From: Candidatus Omnitrophota bacterium
Lineage (GTDB): Bacteria > Omnitrophota > Gorgyraeia > Zapsychrales > Zapsychraceae
Assembly (NCBI GenBank): GCA_029567025.1
Contig: JAKQLT010000082.1
Coordinates: 1-41,624 of the forward strand
Reading direction: 5' to 3'
Length of the DNA stretch: 41,624 nucleotides
Within the stretch, counting starts at the first letter, position 1. Each line of letters begins with the position of its first letter. The position numbers and the translations under genes were made by a program. The notes below the pieces were generated by a model. The model was not told the origin of the DNA. It made no database searches and saw nothing but the letters and a program-made list of their open reading frames with translations. This document shows positions 7,510-16,366 of this stretch, one piece after another.

Positions 7510-8946
7510 ATGAGCGGAATTTTTGGTGTTGTATCAAAAAAGAATTGTGCCCACTATCTTTTTTATGGCGTAGATTATCATTCGCATTTGGGCACGGAAT
7601 ATGGCGGCATGGCTGTCTTAGGAAAAGATTTTAATCGTCAAATCCATAATATCAGTCAAAGTCAGTTTAAGTCAAAATTTTATGAAGATTATCATCAGAT
7701 GCAAGGAGATAAAGGCATTGGGGTTATCAGCGATTCTGATGAACAGCCGATTTATTTAAGTTCAAAATTTGGTCCTTTTTGTATTGTGACTTCTGGTTTA
7801 GTTGAGAATAAGGAAGAATTGCAAGAGTTTCTTTTTAAACAAGGACATTCCTTTAGTGAGTTTAGCCGTCATAAAGTTAATATTACGGAATTAGTCGGAA
7901 AATTGATTACGCAAGGACGTGATATTGTCGACGGAATTGAGAAAATGTTTGATAGGATCAAAGGATCTTGTTCTTTGTTGCTTTTAAATAAAGATGGCGT
8001 GTATGCGGCGCGTGATCGATTTGGCTATACGCCTTTAATCATTGGAAGAAAAGAAAACGATTGGGTTGTCTCGGCAGAAAGTAGCGCTTTGACTAATTTA
8101 GGATTCACAGCGGTTAAACATTTACAGCCTGGAGAAATCATTCTTTTAAATGAAAAGGGAATGGCAGAAAAAAAGAAGGGGTCTTTTGTCAGTCAGATTT
8201 GTTCGTTCTTATGGATTTATACAGGATTTCCAGCATCGAATTACGAAGGGATTAATGTGGAAGAGGTCCGTGAGCGTTGCGGCCGTGCTTTAGCCCGTCG
8301 GGATAAAAATATTGATGTGGATATTGTGGCTGGCGTTCCGGACTCTGGGACTTCGCATGCCATTGGGTATGCCATAGAGTCTCAAAAACCTTTTCGTCGA
8401 CCACTTGTAAAATATACGCCAGGATATGGTCGAAGCTATACGCCGCCTAATCAGGAAACGCGAGATTTGGTCGCGACGATGAAACTCATTCCGATTAAAG
8501 AAATTATCAAAGGAAATAAAATTGTTATTTGCGAAGATTCGATTGTTCGAGGAACACAATTAAAGAATTTTGCGGTTAAGAAACTTTGGAATGCGGGAGC
8601 TAAAGAGATTCATGCGCGGCCTGCGTGTCCGCCTTTAATGTTTCCCTGCCGATTTTGTTTGTCGACAAGAACAACAAAAGAATTAGCTTCGCATAAGGCT
8701 ATAAAAGCGATTGAAGGGAAAGAAATCAAAGATGTCTCTGAGTATTTAGATTCTAATTCGCCGAAGTATAAAAAAATGGTGCAATGGCTTGAAAAGGATT
8801 TAGAAGTTACAACGCTTCGTTATCAAACTCTTGAGGACATGATTGATGCCATAGGATTGCCTAAAGAAAAACTTTGCCTTTATTGTTGGACAGGCGAATT
8901 CCCTCAAAACGGCCAATCGAAGAATAAAAAAAATAATAAAAAATAA
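7510..8946 (+). CDS. purF: Amidophosphoribosyltransferase (PurF)-like protein with a degenerate N-terminal glutaminase domain
   Basis: The PRTase half is conserved (VDIVAGVPDSGTSHA, PRPP loop IVICEDSIVRGTQ). Cys residues sit at the positions of the B. subtilis-type 4Fe-4S ligands (CSFLWIY, FPCRFC, CLYCWTGEFP). The N terminus reads MSGIFGV rather than MCGI. Confidence 0.8.
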   Translation: MSGIFGVVSKKNCAHYLFYGVDYHSHLGTEYGGMAVLGKDFNRQIHNISQSQFKSKFYEDYHQMQGDKGIGVISDSDEQPIYLSSKFGPFCIVTSGLVENKEELQEFLFKQGHSFSEFSRHKVNITELVGKLITQGRDIVDGIEKMFDRIKGSCSLLLLNKDGVYAARDRFGYTPLIIGRKENDWVVSAESSALTNLGFTAVKHLQPGEIILLNEKGMAEKKKGSFVSQICSFLWIYTGFPASNYEGINVEEVRERCGRALARRDKNIDVDIVAGVPDSGTSHAIGYAIESQKPFRRPLVKYTPGYGRSYTPPNQETRDLVATMKLIPIKEIIKGNKIVICEDSIVRGTQLKNFAVKKLWNAGAKEIHARPACPPLMFPCRFCLSTRTTKELASHKAIKAIEGKEIKDVSEYLDSNSPKYKKMVQWLEKDLEVTTLRYQTLEDMIDAIGLPKEKLCLYCWTGEFPQNGQSKNKKNNKK

Positions 8947-9096
8947 TTATTTTTAAAAAAGAGAATTCCTAATCTTTAAGTTATTATATGACAAGGGGTT
9001 ATAATTATTTTATTTTTAGCCTATCGTCTTGTTTTTATAAAAATATATGTTATCTTTATTATTAAATTTTCCATAATAAATCTCTAATTATTATCT

Positions 9097-12000
9097 ATGA
9101 GGCAAAAAAGATTTCATTTCATCAATAAGTTTTTTTTAATTGTGATAGTATTCTGCTTTTTTGTAACAACTATCATCCCTCCGAGTTTTGCGCAAGCGAT
9201 TTATCTTCCTAATCCGGGAGTAATGATTCTTACGTCTGTGGGTTATAAACCAGCGATTGTAAAAGGCATAACGATTTATCCGGATAATCCACTGCAGTTT
9301 GATTTTATTATTGATTCTGGCGAAGAACATATAGAAGGAGCGCTTTTAAAATCTGAATCGAATAAAATGATCAAATATTTTTTGGCTTCATTAACAGTTC
9401 CAGAGAAAGAAATGTGGGTAAACCTTTCCCCGTACGAAAAAAATAGAATTATTCCGGAAAGTTTTGGCTTGACGGAAATGGGCCGCGATCTTCTTGCCCA
9501 AGATTATATTTTAAAACAATTAACAGCGTCTTTGATGTATCCAGAAGAAGAATTAGGAAAGAAATTCTGGGACAATATTTACGCGCGGGCTAAAAAAGAA
9601 TTTAATATGGCCGATATTCCCGTTGATGCTTTTAATAAAGTGTGGATTATTCCTGAAAAAGCAGTTGTGTATGAACATGGCAATAGCGCGTTTGTGGTTG
9701 ATGCGAAATTAAAAGTTATGTTGGAAGAAGATTACGTTGCTTCGCAAAAGATAAAAGACTATAGACCAGAGACCATAGACCAGGCTGACCAATTTCCGAC
9801 GGAAAAAAATCTTTTAGCCTCTGGGCCTTGGTCTTCAGTCTCAGATCTGATAAGGGCTGTTATTGTTCCTGAAATTGAAAAAGAAGTTAATGAAGGTAAA
9901 CATTTTGCGAATTTGCGTCAAATTTATAATTCTATGATTTTAGCCGCGTGGTTTAAGAAGAATTTGAAAGAATCGTTGCTTGGCAAAGTTTATGTTGATC
10001 AAAATAAAGTTAAAGGTATTGATTTGGCTGATAAGAATTCCAAATTAAAAATTTATGAACAATATTTACAGGCATTTCAAAAAGGTGTTTACAATTATAT
10101 TAAGGAAGAATACGATCCGTATCGCCAAGAAATCATTCCTAAAAAATATTTTTCCGGCGGAGTAACCACGCAAATGTTAACGGATCAAGTTTTAGAAGAA
10201 AAAAATGATTCGGCCATGTTAAGCGAGAAAGAAAAAAATGGTCTTGAGACTTCAGATTTAATGGTAACGGTTAGATTATTTGAAAATCAAAAAGATAAAG
10301 CTATAACTGTCCAGCACATTGATGACCCTAAAGTATTAGCTCCCGTTAGAGAATTAGCCAAGCAAATTCATAGTCAAATTATGAATCCAGCTTTTGATAT
10401 TATCGCGGCTGTGGAGCCAGAACAAATTATGGTTGGCTCTGAGAGAATTTTTAAAGATAAAATAGTAACAGCTGAGATGAAGAAATATCTTAATGAGCGT
10501 TTGAATGAGCTTGAAAGAGTGATGAATATTTTAAAATCCAGAAAAGATGATAATCGCTTAAGGAATGCTTTGGTGCATACTCTTTTAAAGCCGCATCAAT
10601 CGGGCAACGTCTTTTTTAATAAGGAAGCTCATATTTTAGACGCGATGAGGGCTTTGAGGATCCATATTGATTTATTAAAAGAAGGAACTGTTATTGAGTC
10701 GAAAAGAGGAACGCGAGAGCTTGATTCTTTTAAATCGGATTTAGAAGGTATTATGAACGGGCTTATTTTTTTAGAAAATATTTTTAAGCATAACAGCGAT
10801 TTAAAACTTTTAACAAGTAATGAATCTGTAGAATTTTTTGATATGGATATGCGTTTCGAAAGGGATTATGCGATGTTATCTCATGGGCAGATTATCAGCG
10901 ATGCGAACGTTTTAGCGCTGGTGAAAGAATTGGCTAAGAATATTTTAGATGGGATCAAACCGAAACAGAGAGCCATGTTAGAAATTCTTACCATGTTAGA
11001 GGAAAATATGATGATCGACGATAATCTTATAGAAAATCTTAATATTCTTAAGGATAATGCTGAAAAAATCGCGCAAAGTATACGATTATCAAGAGAAAAT
11101 GCTTTTGAAAATATTTTAGTTCGCACCTTAAATGGACATGATTTCAATATCGCCGCAGATATTCCTAACGCGGTTCATTCAATCGTATTAACGGTTGATA
11201 AATTGATCAAAAATAAAGGAGAGTTTACTTCTGAAGAAGAAACGGAATCTTTATGGTCTAATTATGAAAAAATAATGAAAGCCAAAGAGTTTTTGACAAA
11301 AATTGTTTCTCATGAAGACTTGCAATTAAGGGTTATTGTTTCGAACATTGCAGGAGTGGAAACAACATTTTTTGATATGCATATTCCTAAAATCATTGAG
11401 AATAGTCCAGAGACAAAAAGAGATCAACTAAATGCTATAGAGCAAAAATTTAATCCGCTTCATAGCACTATTTTAATGGTTGATGATGATGCGCAGGCTT
11501 TAGGGCTTTTAGGCGGTATAGTGCATGATCAAGGATATAATATCATTTTCGCTTTAGATGGGGTTGAAGCTTTAGAGAAGTTAAAAGAAAATAAGACGGT
11601 AGGATTGGTTATGACAGATATGTATATGCCTCGAATGACAGGAATAGAATTGATGGACGAAATGATGGCGGATGATAATTTTAATAAAATCCCTGTGGTA
11701 ATGTTGACAGGTGCAGCTACAGACCAAATACAAAATATCAGAAATAGAATAGGAGAGGATAATTATTCTTTACGAGAGGTTTTTGAAAAGCCATTTGATG
11801 TAAGTTTAGTTATTAAAACAATAGAAGACATTCTTCCTGTTGAAAAGCCCTCATCTGTAGAGACAAAAGGGCGAATAGTTAATGATATAAAAACGTTAAG
11901 CCCGTTGAGAAAAGCGGCTAAAGAAATTTATCAAACGATGAGTTTGGGGTTAGAAAAAATTAAGAATTCTGTGACGGTTCTTTCTAAAAATCAGGAATCT

Positions 12001-13158
12001 TTTTTAGAGGTTTCAAAAGAGGCGCAAGCGATTACTAAAACGCTTCGCGATATTTTAGCGTCTATTCAATCGCAAAAGTCTGAAGAAGATGTTGTGATTT
12101 CTTTAATGAACATGTTAACAAAACGTATGCCTCAAGAATTTGATGATGAATTAAATGCTAAAGATGTTGTTAATACTCTTTTTTCTATAATGATCGAGGG
12201 GGAATCGGTTTTTTCTCCCGAATATTTAGACGAGGCGACTTTGCAAGATGTGAAAAATTATATTTCTCATGCGCAACATGTGGTTAATTATTTAGAGCGT
12301 GTTTTGGCCTTTGTTAATAGGATAGCGCATGCCCAAGAAGTAGAAATTAAAGAATACAGTGTTCCCAATACAAAAATGGCTTTTTTTGTCTTAGATGTTT
12401 TATTAACAGCGCCTGCCCTTACGGAAATGCCTTTTCTGGAAGGCGAGGATTTAATTCCTTTAAAAGAGGTTGCAGGTTTTTTGAAAAAAACGATTGAGAA
12501 AAATTTAGATATTATAGAAAAAAACGAGGAGTTATTAAAAGAAGATTGGGACAAGTATTTAAAAGCTATTACCGCCGTTCTTGTCGCGATTAAAAATGAT
12601 GTTTCTAACGCTGTTTTTTTAAATGATAATGAGGCGGTTGCCGCTTTACATCCTATTTTGAATGGAAAATTATATCATTCGGGAGTTCAGGGCAAAGATG
12701 TTTTTGATATTCCTAACGAAATAGGGAAAGGGTTAGGATTAGCCGAAATAACAGAAAGTTCGTTTCTTCCTAAAGAGAATCTAGAAAGAAATAGAATGAT
12801 GTATCAAAGATTTCTTGTTATGGCTATAGAGCATATAGAAAATATCTTGGAGTTTTTAGATAAAATTGAACAAAGTTCTAAAATTTTGTTAGAGCCAGTA
12901 ACTGTCAGTGGCGAACGATATGTTTTATTTCAATTTGAGTCTTCTTCTGATTTAGCGATGAATGCTGGGCAAAATGATTCGGTGGGCGGTATTGATTTGG
13001 ATTCAGGATATATGGATCTTCAAATCAAACGTGATGAAAACGGTGTTGCCTTAACGCTTCCGTTTCAATCGTTAGATCATATGAAGATTGATGGATTTAT
13101 TCCGGCTATTATCAATATCAAACCGATTGAAAATATTCATCTTTTGTTAGGTTTTTAA
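9097..13158 (+). CDS. Large (1353 aa) signal-peptide protein of unknown function with an embedded REC domain and four internal ~180-aa repeats
   Basis: This is a long uninterrupted ORF. The N terminus, MRQKRFHFINK + FFLIVIVFCFFVTTII + PPSFAQA, looks like a Sec signal peptide. The conserved N-domain contains WVNLSPYEKNRIIPESFGLTEMGRDLLAQDYILKQLTASL. See the findings for the repeats. Confidence 0.85.
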   Translation: MRQKRFHFINKFFLIVIVFCFFVTTIIPPSFAQAIYLPNPGVMILTSVGYKPAIVKGITIYPDNPLQFDFIIDSGEEHIEGALLKSESNKMIKYFLASLTVPEKEMWVNLSPYEKNRIIPESFGLTEMGRDLLAQDYILKQLTASLMYPEEELGKKFWDNIYARAKKEFNMADIPVDAFNKVWIIPEKAVVYEHGNSAFVVDAKLKVMLEEDYVASQKIKDYRPETIDQADQFPTEKNLLASGPWSSVSDLIRAVIVPEIEKEVNEGKHFANLRQIYNSMILAAWFKKNLKESLLGKVYVDQNKVKGIDLADKNSKLKIYEQYLQAFQKGVYNYIKEEYDPYRQEIIPKKYFSGGVTTQMLTDQVLEEKNDSAMLSEKEKNGLETSDLMVTVRLFENQKDKAITVQHIDDPKVLAPVRELAKQIHSQIMNPAFDIIAAVEPEQIMVGSERIFKDKIVTAEMKKYLNERLNELERVMNILKSRKDDNRLRNALVHTLLKPHQSGNVFFNKEAHILDAMRALRIHIDLLKEGTVIESKRGTRELDSFKSDLEGIMNGLIFLENIFKHNSDLKLLTSNESVEFFDMDMRFERDYAMLSHGQIISDANVLALVKELAKNILDGIKPKQRAMLEILTMLEENMMIDDNLIENLNILKDNAEKIAQSIRLSRENAFENILVRTLNGHDFNIAADIPNAVHSIVLTVDKLIKNKGEFTSEEETESLWSNYEKIMKAKEFLTKIVSHEDLQLRVIVSNIAGVETTFFDMHIPKIIENSPETKRDQLNAIEQKFNPLHSTILMVDDDAQALGLLGGIVHDQGYNIIFALDGVEALEKLKENKTVGLVMTDMYMPRMTGIELMDEMMADDNFNKIPVVMLTGAATDQIQNIRNRIGEDNYSLREVFEKPFDVSLVIKTIEDILPVEKPSSVETKGRIVNDIKTLSPLRKAAKEIYQTMSLGLEKIKNSVTVLSKNQESFLEVSKEAQAITKTLRDILASIQSQKSEEDVVISLMNMLTKRMPQEFDDELNAKDVVNTLFSIMIEGESVFSPEYLDEATLQDVKNYISHAQHVVNYLERVLAFVNRIAHAQEVEIKEYSVPNTKMAFFVLDVLLTAPALTEMPFLEGEDLIPLKEVAGFLKKTIEKNLDIIEKNEELLKEDWDKYLKAITAVLVAIKNDVSNAVFLNDNEAVAALHPILNGKLYHSGVQGKDVFDIPNEIGKGLGLAEITESSFLPKENLERNRMMYQRFLVMAIEHIENILEFLDKIEQSSKILLEPVTVSGERYVLFQFESSSDLAMNAGQNDSVGGIDLDSGYMDLQIKRDENGVALTLPFQSLDHMKIDGFIPAIINIKPIENIHLLLGF
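11467..11835 (+). other. Receiver (REC, CheY-like) domain inside the 1353-aa protein (aa 791-913)
   Basis: All canonical REC positions are present. The sequence ILMVDDD forms the acidic pocket. LVMTDMYMP carries the putative phospho-acceptor Asp841 (codon 11617-11619). VVMLTGAA provides the conserved Thr and FEKPF the conserved Lys. Confidence 0.8.
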
Positions 13159-13289
13159 ATGCTGTTATAAACTTTCGATGCTTCTAATTGATAATTTCGA
13201 GAATAAAAATTCCTTCCTTTTCTTAAAGTTTGATGTTATCCTATAAAAAATTTTCTCTTTCCTAATAATGATAATTCTTTATTATTTAT

Positions 13290-14309
13290 ATGATTAATAT
13301 AGGTATTATTGGTTGTGGGTATTGGGGACCGAATTTACTTCGTAATTTTACGGGTCTATTGGATTGCAGTGTTAAAATAGTTATTGATATTGACTATGCG
13401 CGCAGAAATTATGTGAAAGAGAAATATCCCCAAATCGCCACAAGTTCTCAAGATAAAGATCTTTTTTCTGATGAAATTGATGCTGTTGTTATTGCAACGC
13501 CTGCCCAAACGCATTATTCTCTTGCCCGAGAAGCTTTGGAAAATAAAAAACATGTTTTAGTCGAGAAGCCTTTAGCGATGAGCGTTAAAGAGGCGCGAGA
13601 ATTAATTCATTTGGCGAAAAAAAATAAGCTAATCCTTATGGTGGGACATACTTTTGAATATAATAAAGCGGTTCAGGAATTAAAAAGACAAATAAAGAAA
13701 GATATCATTGGCACGCCGTATTATTTATACTCGCAACGTCTTAATTTTGGGATTGTCCGTCGTGATATTAACGCGTTATGGAATTTGGCGCCGCATGATA
13801 TTTCTATTTTTATTTATTTGTTAGAGGCCATGCCTATTTCGGTTTCTTCTTGTGGGTATGATTTTATCCAAAAAGGTATTGAAGATGTTGTTTTTATGTC
13901 TTTAGAATTTCCTGGTCATATTGCGGCGCATATTCATGTTAGTTGGCTTGATCCCAGCAAAGTAAGGAAAATGACCATTGTGGGAAGCAAGAAAATGATG
14001 ATTTATGATGATATGGCGAATGAGAAAATTAAAATATTTGACAAAGGAATTCGACGAGAAAATATCAAAGATTCTTTAGGAGCTTTTGATGATTTTAAAA
14101 AATACCAGCTTTTGCAGCACGCCGGAGATGTTACGATTCCTAAAATTAATTTTGAAGAACCTTTAAAAGAAGAATGCGCTCATTTTGTTGAATGTATTTT
14201 AAAAGATAAAAAACCTTTAACTGATGGAGAAAATGGTTTGCGTGTTGTTCAAGTTTTAGAAGCCGCGCAAAAGTCCTTAGAACAAGAAGGAAAGAATATA
14301 AAAATATGA
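13290..14309 (+). CDS. Gfo/Idh/MocA-family NAD-dependent sugar-nucleotide oxidoreductase (WbpB-like)
   Basis: It has an N-terminal Rossmann motif IGIIGCGYWGPN, an EKPLA motif and a conserved HVSWLDP block. It overlaps a DegT aminotransferase gene by 4 nt. Confidence 0.85.
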   Translation: MINIGIIGCGYWGPNLLRNFTGLLDCSVKIVIDIDYARRNYVKEKYPQIATSSQDKDLFSDEIDAVVIATPAQTHYSLAREALENKKHVLVEKPLAMSVKEARELIHLAKKNKLILMVGHTFEYNKAVQELKRQIKKDIIGTPYYLYSQRLNFGIVRRDINALWNLAPHDISIFIYLLEAMPISVSSCGYDFIQKGIEDVVFMSLEFPGHIAAHIHVSWLDPSKVRKMTIVGSKKMMIYDDMANEKIKIFDKGIRRENIKDSLGAFDDFKKYQLLQHAGDVTIPKINFEEPLKEECAHFVECILKDKKPLTDGENGLRVVQVLEAAQKSLEQEGKNIKI

Positions 14310-15400
14310 TTCCCTTTGTTGATTTAAAACGACAGTATCAAACGATTAAGCCTGAAATCGATAGGGCGATACAAAAATGCATTGATGAAACCGCGTTTAT
14401 TAGCGGAAAGTATGTTGAGAAATTAGAAAAGGATTTCGCATCATTAACAGGCGCAAAGTTCGGTGTTGCCGCAAGCTCTGGCACAAGCGCGCTTCATTTG
14501 GCCTTAATGGCGTTAAGTGTTGGCAAAGACGATGAAGTGATAGCTCCAGTTAATACCTTTGTCGCGACGACGGAAGCGATTGTGCATGCGGGCGCTAAAA
14601 TTAAATTAGTGGATATTGATGAAAAGACATATCATTTGGATATTCAAAAATTAAGGAAAGCTATTACTAAAAAAACAAAAGTAATTATTCCCGTTCATTT
14701 GTATGGCCAGCCGTGTCGCATAGATGAGGTTTTAAAAGTAGCTCGAGAATATCATTTGAAAGTGATTTTTGATGCGTGCCAGGCGCATTTTTCAGAATTT
14801 AAAGGTCAGCCGATTGGGAAATTTGGCGATTGTGTGTGTTATAGCTTTTATCCAGGTAAAAATTTAGGCACGTATGGCGACGGAGGATTAGTGACAACCA
14901 ATGATGCCGTTTTGGCAAAGTTTATGAAAATGACATCGGACCACGGCCGTACGGGAAAATACGAGCATCTGATCGACGGATATAATTATCGTTTATCGGA
15001 GATTTTTGCGGCTATTCTTAGCGTGAAATTAAAATATTTGTCGCAATGGACTCAAAGCCGACGAGAGAATGCAAGAATGTATAACGATTTGTTAAAAGAT
15101 TTAAAGGTTATAACGCCGTTTGAGTCGGATGATGTGATGCATGTTTATCATTTGTATGTCATCCGCGTAAAAAATCGTGATAAAGTTCGAAACGCCTTAG
15201 CTAAGGACGGCATATCGACGGGGATTCATTATCCTCTGCCGCTTCATTTGCAGAAAGTTTATAAACATTTAGGATACAAGAAAGGAGATTTTCCTGTAGC
15301 CGAAAAATGCGCCAAAGAGATTTTGTCGCTTCCGATGTTTGCGGAATTAACAGAAGAAGAAATAAGGCAAGTGGTCGCGACTCTTAAAAAAGTTTTATAA
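14306..15400 (+). CDS. DegT/DnrJ/EryC1/StrS-family PLP-dependent sugar aminotransferase (WbpE-like)
   Basis: Family blocks include FISGKYVEKLEKDFA and GTSALHLAL, plus the SFYPGKNLG block carrying the PLP lysine and GDGG. Confidence 0.9.
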   Translation: MIPFVDLKRQYQTIKPEIDRAIQKCIDETAFISGKYVEKLEKDFASLTGAKFGVAASSGTSALHLALMALSVGKDDEVIAPVNTFVATTEAIVHAGAKIKLVDIDEKTYHLDIQKLRKAITKKTKVIIPVHLYGQPCRIDEVLKVAREYHLKVIFDACQAHFSEFKGQPIGKFGDCVCYSFYPGKNLGTYGDGGLVTTNDAVLAKFMKMTSDHGRTGKYEHLIDGYNYRLSEIFAAILSVKLKYLSQWTQSRRENARMYNDLLKDLKVITPFESDDVMHVYHLYVIRVKNRDKVRNALAKDGISTGIHYPLPLHLQKVYKHLGYKKGDFPVAEKCAKEILSLPMFAELTEEEIRQVVATLKKVL

Positions 15401-15411
15401 AGGACGATAAA

Positions 15412-16356
15412 ATGTATCGCAATAAAAAAATAGCTCTTGTTATTCCCGCCTATAATGAAGAAAAGCTTATTAAGCCTACTTTAGAAAATGTTCCTGATCT
15501 TATTGACAGGATTTATGTGGTTGATGACGGCAGTAAAGATCGGCTCGCTCAAATTGTCGAGCAGATCGCCTCAAGAAATGAGCGCATAAAACTTTTGCGT
15601 CATAAGAAAAATGAAGGCCCTGGCCAGGCGATTATTACAGGATATTTAGAGTCTTCAAAAGACAATTATGATATTACGGTTGTTATCGGCGGGGATTATC
15701 AGATGCCGCTTAATGAGGTTAACCGTTTTTTGGATCCGTTAATTGATGGGCAAGCGGATTACACAAAGGGAAATCGATTTTTTGTGTGGGAAAAAACACG
15801 CGTTAAAATGCCTAAAATTCGTATTTTAGGAAATATTATTATTACGGCCTTAACAAAAATAGCTTCTGGTTATTATAAAATTATGGATGTCGTTGACGGT
15901 TATACGGCTATCACGAAAGAAGCAATTGACCTTGTAGATTGGAGCCGTGCATGGAAACGTTATGGTTATCCTATGGATTTTCTCATTCGTTTAAATGCGT
16001 ATAGTTTACGGGTGAAAGATGTGCCACGCACGCCGATTTATCTTAAAGGCGAGCGCCAGTCGCAGATTAAAGGATTACGTTATGCCTTGCGTATTTCGCC
16101 GATGCTTGTGCGTGGATTTTTTTGGCGTATGGTTTTTAAATATATTTATCTTGATTTTCATCCGTTGGTTTTTTTCTTTTTCTTTGGGATGATCCTTTTC
16201 CCTCTGGGAGTAGGATATGGAATCCATTTATTTATCAAACAACTTTTTAATGTCAATGTCACCGGTGGGCAAGCGATTTTTTGCGCATTAAATATTATTA
16301 CCGGAGTGCAATTCCTTTTATTCGGCATGTGGTTCGATATGGAAGCCAGCAAATAA
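15412..16356 (+). CDS. Family 2 glycosyltransferase with C-terminal membrane helices (GtrB/polyprenol-phosphate sugar transferase-like)
   Basis: The N terminus is GT-A type (VIPAYNEEKLI, VVDDGSKD). Two hydrophobic helices lie at the C terminus (HPLVFFFFFGMILFPLGVGY, ALNIITGVQFLLFGMWF). Confidence 0.8.
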   Translation: MYRNKKIALVIPAYNEEKLIKPTLENVPDLIDRIYVVDDGSKDRLAQIVEQIASRNERIKLLRHKKNEGPGQAIITGYLESSKDNYDITVVIGGDYQMPLNEVNRFLDPLIDGQADYTKGNRFFVWEKTRVKMPKIRILGNIIITALTKIASGYYKIMDVVDGYTAITKEAIDLVDWSRAWKRYGYPMDFLIRLNAYSLRVKDVPRTPIYLKGERQSQIKGLRYALRISPMLVRGFFWRMVFKYIYLDFHPLVFFFFFGMILFPLGVGYGIHLFIKQLFNVNVTGGQAIFCALNIITGVQFLLFGMWFDMEASK

Positions 16357-16366
16357 TTTCTCAGTT

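Noticed and set aside
10294-12939. The four repeats in the giant gene considered as DNA-level tandem duplications or a mobile-element footprint.
   Set aside because: The similarity is only visible at the protein-motif level. I could not see extended nucleotide identity, so these are ancient domain duplications.
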